Below, in pieces: positions 37,952 through 46,797 of a stretch of 64,000 nt of DNA (position 1 is the first letter of the stretch; every line of letters starts with the position of its first letter). The stretch covers positions 224,001-288,000 of the forward strand of contig CAVRGP010000015.1 of NCBI GenBank assembly GCA_963720755.1. The letters run 5' to 3'. The position numbers and the translations under genes were made by a program. Source of the DNA: an uncultured Chloroflexia bacterium (lineage in GTDB: Bacteria; Chloroflexota; Limnocylindria; Limnocylindrales; CSP1-4). The notes below the pieces were generated by a model. The model searched no databases and was not told the DNA's origin. It worked only from the letters and a program-made list of their open reading frames with translations.

Positions 37952-38989
37952 ATGGACGGCTCGGTCTTCGCCAGGGCTGCCGAACTCGAGGCTGCGGGTC
38001 GATCGTTCGCGGTCGCGACCGTCGTCGCGGTCCGGCGGCCGACGTCTGCCCGTCCGGGCGCATCCGGGATCATCCATCCGGACGGAACGATCGAGGGCTG
38101 GGTCGGCGGGAGCTGTGCCCAGCCGGTGGTCGTCCGCGAGGCGCTTCGGGCGGTCGCGGATGGGCAGCCGCGCCTGCTCCGGCTGTCACGGGATGGCCCT
38201 GGCGAGGGTCGCCGCGCTGACGGGGTGATCGAGCTGGTCATGACCTGCCACTCGGGCGGCACATTGGAGATCTACGTGGAACCGCATCTACCCAAGCCCA
38301 TGCTGTGGGTCGTCGGCACGACCCCGATCGCCGGTGCCCTGGCCGGTCTCGGGTCGGCGGCGGGCTGGCAGGTGACCGTCATCGACCCGGTCGCCGACCC
38401 TGACGCGTTCCCGATGGCTCGCGTTCACCAGTCGGCCGATATCCGGGGACTGGACCCGGAAGCGACCCCGTACGTCGTGGTCGCGAGCCAGGGGATCTGG
38501 GACGAGGAGGCCGTCGGACTCGCCCTGACCCGGGATGTCGCCTACGTCGGTCTGGTGGCGTCGCCGACCCGGGCCGCCGTGGTCCGTGACTGGCTGCGTG
38601 AGGAAACCACGGTCGGTGACGACCGGATCGCCGCGTTACGAGCCCCGGCCGGTTTGGACCTTGGCGCCGAGACAGCCGAAGAGGTCGCCCTGTCCATCCT
38701 CGCCGAACTCGTCCAGGTTCGGCGCGGCCGCGCCGACTTCGTCGCCGCGCCCGGTCCCGCGACGATCGCCGGTGCGGCGGCCGCCACCGCCCCGATCGAG
38801 TCCGTGGTCGATGACATCGTCCTGCTCGATCCGGTCTGTGGCATGACCGTCGAGCGCGCCCACGCCCGCCACCTCGCCGAGCACGACGGCGTCGTCTACG
38901 CCTTCTGCTCGATCGGATGTCGGACCCGGTTCATCAAGGAGCCGGCCACGTTCCTGGAGGCGAACTCCTACTCATCGATGCACGACTGA
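37952..38989 (+). CDS. XdhC/CoxF family chaperone with C-terminal YHS metal-binding domain
   Basis: GWVGGSCAQP, MTCHSGG, APAGLDLGAETAEEVALSILAE. C-terminal DPVCGM...YAFCSIGC..RF (YHS). Confidence 0.85.
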   Translation: MDGSVFARAAELEAAGRSFAVATVVAVRRPTSARPGASGIIHPDGTIEGWVGGSCAQPVVVREALRAVADGQPRLLRLSRDGPGEGRRADGVIELVMTCHSGGTLEIYVEPHLPKPMLWVVGTTPIAGALAGLGSAAGWQVTVIDPVADPDAFPMARVHQSADIRGLDPEATPYVVVASQGIWDEEAVGLALTRDVAYVGLVASPTRAAVVRDWLREETTVGDDRIAALRAPAGLDLGAETAEEVALSILAELVQVRRGRADFVAAPGPATIAGAAAATAPIESVVDDIVLLDPVCGMTVERAHARHLAEHDGVVYAFCSIGCRTRFIKEPATFLEANSYSSMHD

Positions 38990-39007
38990 CCAGCAGCCGG
39001 AGGCTCC

Positions 39008-39454
39008 ATGCATTTCGAAGGTTCCGTTCCGATCAAGGCATCCCGCGATAAGGTCTGGGCCTTCGTCATCGACCCGGAACAGGTCGGGCAGTGCGGACCG
39101 GGCGTCGAGAAGATCGAGGTCGTCGATGCGACCCACTTCAAGGCGACGGCCAAGGTCGGCATCGGCTTCATCAGCGCCCGCTTCGTCGTGGACATGACCT
39201 TCGCCGAGCAGGAACCGCCGGATCGGGCTCTCATCAAGGCCCACGGCCAGGCACCCGGGAGTGCGGTGGATGCGACCGCGGAGATGCGTCTGTCGGACGG
39301 CCCGGACGGTGCCACGGTCATGGATTGGAACGCGGACGTGAACCTGTCGGGCACGCTGGCGAGCGTCGGCGCGCGACTGATCGAAGGGACCGCCACCAAG
39401 ATGATCGGCCAGACCTTCGACTGCATGCGGACGAAGCTCGAAACGCCGGCCTGA
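39008..39454 (+). CDS. coxG: CO dehydrogenase subunit G (SRPBCC/START fold)
   Basis: VWAFVIDPEQVGQCGPGVE...GTLASVGARLI. Located in the cox operon. Confidence 0.88.
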   Translation: MHFEGSVPIKASRDKVWAFVIDPEQVGQCGPGVEKIEVVDATHFKATAKVGIGFISARFVVDMTFAEQEPPDRALIKAHGQAPGSAVDATAEMRLSDGPDGATVMDWNADVNLSGTLASVGARLIEGTATKMIGQTFDCMRTKLETPA

Positions 39455-39476
39455 TCGCGGATCTGGATCGGTCACG

Positions 39477-40115
39477 GTGGAGCGCCTGCATCGGGTCGTC
39501 GGTCCGGCGTCGACCAACGTCCACATCCTTGCGGATCCGCGCTCACGCGAGGCGATCGCCATCGATACCGCGACGCCGTCGCTGGCATGGATCGCGGACG
39601 AGCTGGCCCAGCGGTCGTGGACGCTGAAGTTGATCGTGTCGACTCACGGTCACTGGGATCACATCGGGGACAACACGGCGGTGGCCACGGCGACCGGGGC
39701 AGAGATCGCCGTCCATCCGGCCGATCGACAACGGCTCACCGATCCGCAGCCCCTGTGGGCACCCTTCGAGATCGTGCCGTCCATCCCGGCCGTCGAGCTG
39801 GCAGAGGGCGGGTTCATCCGGTTCGGATCCATCCGACTCCGCGTCCTCCATACGCCTGGCCATACGGAGGGATCGGTCTGCCTGTCGGCCGATGACGACG
39901 GCCTGTTGTTCAGTGGCGACACCTTGTTCGAGGGTGGATGGGGTCGGATCGACCTGCCCGGTGGCAACGCGTTGGCCATGGCCGAGTCGATCACCCGTCT
40001 GGCCGGCCTCGAGGACCACGTCGGGGTCATGCCCGGCCACGGCAACGAGACGACGATCGGTCGCGAACGCGCCTGGATGGACCTGGTTCGCGACGGAGGC
40101 CGCCTCTTCGCCTGA
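39477..40115 (+). CDS. MBL-fold metallo-hydrolase (glyoxalase II-like)
   Basis: THGHWDHIG, HTPGHT, FSGDTLF, PGHG. Confidence 0.92.
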   Translation: MERLHRVVGPASTNVHILADPRSREAIAIDTATPSLAWIADELAQRSWTLKLIVSTHGHWDHIGDNTAVATATGAEIAVHPADRQRLTDPQPLWAPFEIVPSIPAVELAEGGFIRFGSIRLRVLHTPGHTEGSVCLSADDDGLLFSGDTLFEGGWGRIDLPGGNALAMAESITRLAGLEDHVGVMPGHGNETTIGRERAWMDLVRDGGRLFA

Positions 40116-40155
40116 TCGAACGCGGCGTCCACCCGGCGGGGCCAGGCGAGTCAGC

Positions 40156-40188
40156 GTCCGCGTTTGGTCCGCGTTTGTTCCCCGTCCG
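40156..40188 (+). promoter_or_regulatory. 11-bp direct repeat GTCCGCGTTTG x2 plus a degenerate third copy; candidate SARP-binding site
   Basis: Perfect tandem at 40156-40166 and 40167-40177, upstream of the lipoprotein/NTase operon. Confidence 0.5.
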
Positions 40189-40246
40189 TAGGGTCCGCAT
40201 CTCCGGCGCCCGTCAGCGTCGACGGGGATGCGAATCGGAGGGTGGC

Positions 40247-40840
40247 ATGCGACGGACCGTGATACTCACCATCGGGGCGATGCTGATCGTCGCCGCCTGC
40301 TCATCGAGTGGCAGTACCTCGGAGCCCGAGGCATCCTCGGCGCCAGGCGCCGGATCGTCCACGCCGGCGGTCCCGCCCGTGGCCAGCGTTCCAGGGGATC
40401 TTCCGAGCGTCGATCCGTCCGACCCGCTGGCCGGTTTCCGCGACAAGGACGCTACGGCGGTCGTCGTCATCGGCGATCAGCGCTATGAATTCAGCGGGCT
40501 CTATTGCGTGACCATGGGTGGCGCCCTCGGCGCCAAGAGTGTCGGCGGCGATCCGACCGTCAGCATCGACCTCCCGCCCCAGGATTGGGAGACATCGGCA
40601 GAGGGGTGGGACCCGCCGGCCGTCGTCGTGTCGATCGACGATCCGTATGCCAAGTACAGCGCCGACCCGCAGGCCGCCGAATACCTGACCAACATCAAGC
40701 CCGGCATGAGTCAGGTCGACAGCTTCACGACCGACGGCTATCAAGCCTCAGGGGCGGCTTCGTTCGTGGACGTCGCTGACTTCTCGTCGGGTCCCGTGTC
40801 GATCACAGGCACCTTCGAAGTCAGCTGTCCACGGCCCTAG
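40247..40840 (+). CDS. Hypothetical lipoprotein (beta-rich, two Cys)
   Basis: Lipobox LIVAAC, S/P linker, domain running AVVVIGDQRYEFSGLYC...GTFEVSC. GGAGG RBS. Confidence 0.75.
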   Translation: MRRTVILTIGAMLIVAACSSSGSTSEPEASSAPGAGSSTPAVPPVASVPGDLPSVDPSDPLAGFRDKDATAVVVIGDQRYEFSGLYCVTMGGALGAKSVGGDPTVSIDLPPQDWETSAEGWDPPAVVVSIDDPYAKYSADPQAAEYLTNIKPGMSQVDSFTTDGYQASGAASFVDVADFSSGPVSITGTFEVSCPRP

Positions 40841-40865
40841 CGCGGCACCTACGAGAGGCTCCACG

Positions 40866-42212
40866 ATGGCCGATCCGTCGAGCTCGCCTGGCCGGGACGA
40901 AGCCACCGAGAAGTTGCTCGACGCTGCCGACTCGCTTGGGGTCGAGATCGACCGCGACGAGGCGGAGCGTTGGATCGAGGCCATGTCGGCCGATGCGTCC
41001 GGGACCGTCGAGATCGACGTGAACTCGGGCGTCTACGGCCACCGGGTCACGATGGTGGACTACGACCCCGTCCATCTCGCGAGATTTCGTCGGATGGCGG
41101 CGATCGTCGGGTTCGAGGACCGGCCACCGCAGGTCACGACGGCGCTCGCATTATCCGGCTCGGCTGCACAGAGCCGGATCCAGCGGTTCCCGGCCGACGC
41201 CGACTTCTTCGAGCGGATCCACATCCGGGCCGACACCCGGGAAGCGGCTTGCGACATCCTGGCGACGGTCATCCGGGACAAGGCACGGTCGACGGTCGGG
41301 CACGACGGGCACCGGCTCCAGGAAGTCAAGTTCGGGAGCTGGCCGGAGGACGGTGTCGCGGACGGCGTGGCCGTGCGTCGCGGATCGCCGGTCTCGTGGA
41401 CAGCGAAGCAGGTCGAGGCCGGCTTCGTCGACGTCGTGCGATCCGATGGCACCAGCGATCGATTGGGTTGGGGCGACGTCGCGCTGGATCCGGGCTGGTG
41501 CAAGCTCGACTGGGTCATCGCGGATCCAGTCGGCGGTGGCCTCGCCAACGTTTCGAACGTTCTGGATCCGACCTGGGAAGCCCCCGACGGGACGATCACC
41601 CCGCTGGATGGCTACCTCGATCCGTACTTCCAGGAGGTCTACCTCGAGACCGATTCGATCCCGCTGTTCACAAAACTCGTCAAGGAACTTGGCGCGGACT
41701 CGGTCGCCGAGTACGTGGAGCGGCTGACCGAGGAGGTCTACAAGTACACGGTCAAGGAACCCAATTACGGCAAGGCGGCCAGACGGATGTACAACATCTT
41801 CCGGTTGACCGGCCGCTACGTCGAGGCTGCCTACGTCCGCGAACTGTTCGACGAGCCGGTCACGGCGCTCTACCAGGTCGCCGCACTCCTCCGGACACTC
41901 GACGAAGCGGCCGACGCGGGCGACACGTTCGAGACGGACGCGATGGTCGGCCAGCTCGATCAGCTGATCATGTCCGCGATCACCGCACTCGAAGGGCGTG
42001 ACGAAGCCGAGATGGTCCGCCGGCTGCTTCACCTGCGCGACGCGATCAGCCGTCGTGCCGACGCCTCGGAACGGGCCGCCGACATCGCCGCGGTCCGCGA
42101 CGACGCCATGACCGCGGTCAACGTCTATTTCGAACGGGTGCTGACGGCCGTTCCCAGTATCGCGGCGTATCTGGATGACATCGCAGACCTGCACGGAGGG
42201 AGATCGGGATGA
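40866..42212 (+). CDS. Uncharacterised protein with a Pol-beta-superfamily nucleotidyltransferase motif
   Basis: LSGSAAQSRIQRFPADADFF fits hG[GS]x9-13Dh[DE]h. Candidate third acidic residue in CKLDWVI. Helical C-terminus, no signal peptide. Confidence 0.65.
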   Translation: MADPSSSPGRDEATEKLLDAADSLGVEIDRDEAERWIEAMSADASGTVEIDVNSGVYGHRVTMVDYDPVHLARFRRMAAIVGFEDRPPQVTTALALSGSAAQSRIQRFPADADFFERIHIRADTREAACDILATVIRDKARSTVGHDGHRLQEVKFGSWPEDGVADGVAVRRGSPVSWTAKQVEAGFVDVVRSDGTSDRLGWGDVALDPGWCKLDWVIADPVGGGLANVSNVLDPTWEAPDGTITPLDGYLDPYFQEVYLETDSIPLFTKLVKELGADSVAEYVERLTEEVYKYTVKEPNYGKAARRMYNIFRLTGRYVEAAYVRELFDEPVTALYQVAALLRTLDEAADAGDTFETDAMVGQLDQLIMSAITALEGRDEAEMVRRLLHLRDAISRRADASERAADIAAVRDDAMTAVNVYFERVLTAVPSIAAYLDDIADLHGGRSG

Positions 42213-42832
42213 GACAGCGTCGCAAGTTGAACGGGTCCGTGTTCCTCGGCATCGTGTTGATGGCCGGTGCGTGCAGCAGCGGATCGACGACCGAACCGTC
42301 GGCGGCGCCGGATCTCGGAGCCGGTCCGTCTCAGCCGACCTCGGTCTCGACGCCGGGCAGCACGGCCGCCCCGGCATCGGATGGCCCAGCGGCCGACGGT
42401 GCGCTTGGGGCGGTCGTCAACGTCGCCGGCCACACGTACACGTTCCTGCCCGGACCCTATGGTGTCTGTGGTTATCGAGACGACGGCGCGATCACCTTCT
42501 CCGGCGGCACGAGCGACTTCGACCCGGCGGTCGGCGGTGGGGCGAGCGCAGCATTCTTGATCCAGATCGACGGCTGGCAGGATCCCGATCCGGACCTGGC
42601 CAACGACGGCGACCCCTACATCAATATCAGCGACTATGTCGATGGCCTGCACTGGAACTCCGGCCTTGGCCCGTTCACAGGTGGTGTTACCTACGCGGAT
42701 AGTCACATCGAGTCGTCGACGCTCGTGGGCGGCCGGGCCGAAGGATCGGCCCTGTTCGTCGAGCTGCAGAAAACGTCGGGCCAGGAGCCGCCCGTGTCGA
42801 TCCCGGGGACGTTCGAGATCACCTGCGAATGA
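42209..42832 (+). CDS. Hypothetical lipoprotein, paralog of 40247-40840
   Basis: Lipobox MAGAC; AVVNVAGHTYTF...VC...GSALFVE...PGTFEITCE. ATGA overlaps on both sides. Confidence 0.72.
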   Translation: MRQRRKLNGSVFLGIVLMAGACSSGSTTEPSAAPDLGAGPSQPTSVSTPGSTAAPASDGPAADGALGAVVNVAGHTYTFLPGPYGVCGYRDDGAITFSGGTSDFDPAVGGGASAAFLIQIDGWQDPDPDLANDGDPYINISDYVDGLHWNSGLGPFTGGVTYADSHIESSTLVGGRAEGSALFVELQKTSGQEPPVSIPGTFEITCE

Positions 42833-43719
42833 GCTGGCGTCGATATCGGGTGGCTGACGTGTCGCTGACCGGGGGCTTTCGGACGTGGATGATCATCATG
42901 GCCTGCGCGCTGGCCGCCTGCGGGGGGACGTCTGATCCGGCCGGTGGCGGATCGGCCTCCGATCCGGGTGGGCCACCCGCCTCACCCGAGACGACGAACG
43001 ACAGCAGTGGCGATAACGCGCCGGTCACCGCCACAGTCGACGGCACGACCTACGGGTACCCGGCCGGGACCTGTGACGTTGGCGGCGATCGGGTCCAGGT
43101 CCATGCAGCCCGAATGGACGTACTGGCCACGGTCGATGTCCGATGGCTCGGCGACGGCGGCAGGGAGACGTTCGATGTCGTCCACACGGGTGGACAGGAC
43201 CCGCAGCCGCCGACCCCGTTCGACCTTCATGCGAGCCCGAACGATGCGGACACCACCTGGGACGTGAGCGTCGACGGGAATAGCGCGGTGATCGTGGCCC
43301 GGATGCTCGACCGATCGCCTGCAGGAGCCGGCGGATACCACGACGTCACGATCAACGTCCAGTGCAACGAGCGTGGGTTCGGCGGCTTTGAGGCACCCGA
43401 GACGAATGTGCCTCAGACGGAGCTGCCGGTGGCGACGTCGGCGGGCGAGAGCGCGATCGCTCTCGAGCTGGGCGGCACGACCTACTCGTGGACGTACCCC
43501 GGCTGTGCGGCGGCCGAAGCCAGCGGGTTCGTGGCCGTGAACCCGGCGCTCGACCGGCTGTTCGTGACGGCCGGTGAGATGACGCTGAGCCTGGCCGATG
43601 GCACCACCTGGACGGCGACGGGCGCGCAGCTCTCGATCTCCGGTGGTTCGGCGACCTGGACGGGGACGATGGCTTCGACCTCCGGCTCACAGCCGGCGAC
43701 CCTCACGATCGCTTGCTGA
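42829..43719 (+). CDS. Hypothetical lipoprotein with two tandem Cys-bridged beta domains
   Basis: Lipobox ALAAC; VTATVDGTTYGYPAGTC...VTINVQC and IALELGGTTYSWTYPGC...ATLTIAC. Confidence 0.7.
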   Translation: MSWRRYRVADVSLTGGFRTWMIIMACALAACGGTSDPAGGGSASDPGGPPASPETTNDSSGDNAPVTATVDGTTYGYPAGTCDVGGDRVQVHAARMDVLATVDVRWLGDGGRETFDVVHTGGQDPQPPTPFDLHASPNDADTTWDVSVDGNSAVIVARMLDRSPAGAGGYHDVTINVQCNERGFGGFEAPETNVPQTELPVATSAGESAIALELGGTTYSWTYPGCAAAEASGFVAVNPALDRLFVTAGEMTLSLADGTTWTATGAQLSISGGSATWTGTMASTSGSQPATLTIAC

Positions 43720-43754
43720 GTGTGTGCCTGACCGGGTAGGTCAAGTGGAGCAGG

Positions 43755-46673
43755 TCAAGACTGACCGGCGATGAGCCGCAACTCCTCGACCAGCCGGCCG
43801 GCGAACACGGTCGTCGGGATGGAGCTGAGTTCCGGCCGCTCGCCCGTGGCAGCCAGACCGGCGGCGATCCGAGCTCGGTAGCCGGGCGTGGCGGCGTGGC
43901 GATCATCCAGCGGGATCCATCCGTACTCGCGATGGACGCGATCGAACTGGTCCAGCAGTTGTGCCGCCATCTGCCAGGCTTCCCGGTCGATGAGGAGCGG
44001 AAGCGCGCCAAAGGCATTGAGCACGAAGTAGATCGCGTGCTGCCGTGCGGTGAGATCGAGTGCTTCGACGATGGCCTTCGCGGCTTCGGCCGGATCGCCC
44101 CATTTCGCCTCGACGAGACCACGCTGGGCCAGGGCTCCCGACCGGACCCGGCGGTCGTTGGCCCGATCGGCAAGGATCAGCGCCCGGTCGAGGTGCGCTC
44201 GCGCTGTCGCCTCATCGTCGTCGTGCCAGGCTGCGAGTGAGAGATGCCGATGGCCGACCGAGGCGATCCGCGGGTAATCCTCGGCCTCGAGGAAGGCGGT
44301 GGCGCCGATCAGGATGGCCTCGGCCAGATCCCGGTCGGCCCCATAGGCGGCCTGCATCCCGATGACCACCCGGCACTCCGCAGCGGCGACCCGGTCGCCA
44401 GCCGCCTCGTAGGTCGAGATCGCCTGGTTGATCAGCGAGACACCTTCGCTCGGCCGACGGTGGATCTGGACGCGGCCCATGCCGTACAGGCCGCGCGCTT
44501 CGCGACGCCGGTCGCCCAGTCGGATGGCCAGGTCACGAACCTCCGCGCTCATCGCTGCCGACTCGTCGTAGTGGCCGACGAAGAACGCCATCCCACTCGC
44601 TGCGGCCAGGATGTCGATCCGGCTCGAGTCGTCGCTGGCGAAGGCGAGACACTCCCGGAGCCAGCGCTGGCCCTCGGAAGCGAGGAAGCGACTGATCCAG
44701 AACTGCGCCAGGCCGGCCGCGATCTCGGCCGCCTGGGCGGCCCGATCAGTGTCGAGGAGGTGGCGCATCGCGATGCGATGGTCGGCGATGCTGGCCTCGA
44801 CCTCGTTCAGTGCGGCTGCTTCCATCGACGTGAAGGCAGCGGCATCGGTCGCTCGGGCGGCCGCGACGGACCAATCGGCATGTCGGTCGCGGGCGGCTCG
44901 CGACTGACGCGAGGAAGTCAGTCTCCGGAGCCCGAAGTCGCGCACCGGCTCGAGCATCCGATACCGCACGGCACCGTCGCGGGCTCGTTCCGGCACGAGC
45001 AGTGATGCCTCGACGAGTCGACACAGCGTGTCGTCGATCGTCCTGGGGTCGTCGGTATCGACGCAGACGCTGCCGAACGCGCCCGCCGTGAACGTGTCGA
45101 CGAAGGCGGACGCCCTCGCCAGGACCTGTCGATCCACGGTGTCGAGCAGCGCGACACTCCGGGCGATCGCGTCGGCAACCGACGCATCGTCGTCGGGGCC
45201 TGACCCCTCCGGGCGTGCGCCGGCCGGCCTCTGTCGGCCGGCGAAGGTCAGACCGGCCGCTCGGTGCAGATCGAGCGAGACGACCCGCCGTGCTGCCAGT
45301 TCCACGGCGAGCGGCATCCCACCGGTCCTCCGACAGAGGGCGAGCAACTCCTCGGCGTCGGCAGCCCTGAGGTCGATCCGTGGATCCGCGTCCCGGACTC
45401 GATCGGCCATCATCTGGAGCGTTGCCGACTCCCACATGCCGTCGGTCATCTCGGGCAGTGACAGCGGTCGGAGCGGCCAGACCGTCTCGCCGGCGATACC
45501 GAGACGCCGGCGGCTCGTGGCCAGGATCCGCACCCGGTCGCCGTGGAGTCGCGTCCCGAGCAACCGGCGGACCTCGGCAATCACATGCTCGCAGTTGTCG
45601 ATGATGATCAATGCCGGACGCGGCGCAAGGAGTCGGTAGAGCTCGTCGAGTTCGTCGACCCGGTCATCGATCGCCAGGACCGAGGTGATCGTGGATAGGA
45701 CATCGGCCTCGGTCCTCGTGCCCGAAAGCCTGACTAGCCAGACGCCGGCATGGTGTGCGTCGAGACGTCGGGACCCGAGCTCGATCGCGAGTCTGGTCTT
45801 GCCGATGCCGGGTGGTCCGGTGATGGTGACGAGATGATGACGGTCTGCGGCCGCGCTGACCGCGGCAAGGTCGCCCTCGCGGCCGACGAAGGTCGAGTCC
45901 ACGAACGGGACGTTATGCGCTCCGCTTGCGCCGGGCAGGTCGATCAACGCAGGATCGTGGTTGTGGACCCGCGTCTCGAGCGCCTGGAGACGCGGCCCGG
46001 GGGTCACCGCCAGCTCCGCGTCGAGCGTCTCGCGAGCCGTCTTGAGCGTCGCCCGGGCGTCGGAGGCTCGGCCCGCCATGGAGTAGGCCAGCACCAGTTC
46101 CTCCCACAGCGACTCGTTGAGCGGCTGTTCGGCGACAAGCTGTCGGAGGAGCGCGATCGATTCCGACACGCGGCCCTGCAGGTTGAGCGCACGCGCCTGG
46201 GTGGTCCGAGCAGCGATGAGCAACTCGACCAGGCGGTCACGCTCGCCGCGTGCCTCCTCGACGTCGGCCAGCTCCGGGTATGGCTCACCGCGCCACAGTC
46301 GTGCCGCGCGGGCGCCGATGTCGCCGGCATCCCGGAACCGGCCCTGGGCCAGATGGCGTCCGGCGCGAGCGACCAGGGTGGTGAACTGGCGGACATCGAA
46401 CTCATGTCCTTCCAGATGCAGCAGGTACCCGTCCCGATGGAGTTGGATGACACCGGGCACCCGGCGTCGGAGGGCGGACAGGTGGACGTGGATCGCCCGG
46501 CCCGCGGTCGCCGGCGGTGTCTCGCCCCACATCCGGTCGATCAAGGTATCGATCGGGAGTGGCGCCTCCGGGTTCACCAGGAAGGACGCGAGGAGGCGTC
46601 GGTGGGCGGGACGCAACGGGATCGCCTGTCCGTCAGACAGCACGATCAGGGTTCCGAGGGCCTCGAATCTCAT
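43755..46673 (-). CDS. AfsR/SARP-family transcriptional regulator (wHTH-BTAD, NB-ARC-like ATPase, TPR)
   Basis: MRFEALGTL..., LWRGEPYPEL, PLNESLW..LVLAY, FVGRE, TGPPGIGKTRLA, IIDNCEHV, GMPLAVELAA, TPR tail. Confidence 0.9.
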   Translation of the reverse strand: MRFEALGTLIVLSDGQAIPLRPAHRRLLASFLVNPEAPLPIDTLIDRMWGETPPATAGRAIHVHLSALRRRVPGVIQLHRDGYLLHLEGHEFDVRQFTTLVARAGRHLAQGRFRDAGDIGARAARLWRGEPYPELADVEEARGERDRLVELLIAARTTQARALNLQGRVSESIALLRQLVAEQPLNESLWEELVLAYSMAGRASDARATLKTARETLDAELAVTPGPRLQALETRVHNHDPALIDLPGASGAHNVPFVDSTFVGREGDLAAVSAAADRHHLVTITGPPGIGKTRLAIELGSRRLDAHHAGVWLVRLSGTRTEADVLSTITSVLAIDDRVDELDELYRLLAPRPALIIIDNCEHVIAEVRRLLGTRLHGDRVRILATSRRRLGIAGETVWPLRPLSLPEMTDGMWESATLQMMADRVRDADPRIDLRAADAEELLALCRRTGGMPLAVELAARRVVSLDLHRAAGLTFAGRQRPAGARPEGSGPDDDASVADAIARSVALLDTVDRQVLARASAFVDTFTAGAFGSVCVDTDDPRTIDDTLCRLVEASLLVPERARDGAVRYRMLEPVRDFGLRRLTSSRQSRAARDRHADWSVAAARATDAAAFTSMEAAALNEVEASIADHRIAMRHLLDTDRAAQAAEIAAGLAQFWISRFLASEGQRWLRECLAFASDDSSRIDILAAASGMAFFVGHYDESAAMSAEVRDLAIRLGDRRREARGLYGMGRVQIHRRPSEGVSLINQAISTYEAAGDRVAAAECRVVIGMQAAYGADRDLAEAILIGATAFLEAEDYPRIASVGHRHLSLAAWHDDDEATARAHLDRALILADRANDRRVRSGALAQRGLVEAKWGDPAEAAKAIVEALDLTARQHAIYFVLNAFGALPLLIDREAWQMAAQLLDQFDRVHREYGWIPLDDRHAATPGYRARIAAGLAATGERPELSSIPTTVFAGRLVEELRLIAGQS

Positions 46674-46797
46674 GTCATCGCGCCCGCGGCGTCGTAGCCC
46701 CTGGACGCCTGCATCGAGGATGCGCGGCGGCACGGTCGCGGGCAGGAGCGGGCCGGTTCCATGCCTGATGATACCTAGGTCGGCGGGACCCTCGACG

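Noticed and set aside
40866-42212. Calling the NTase operon CBASS or an MNT-HEPN toxin-antitoxin system
   Set aside because: No recognisable Cap effector, E1/E2/JAB, HORMA or HEPN (RxxxxH) partner is adjacent. Kept only as an unclassified NTase.
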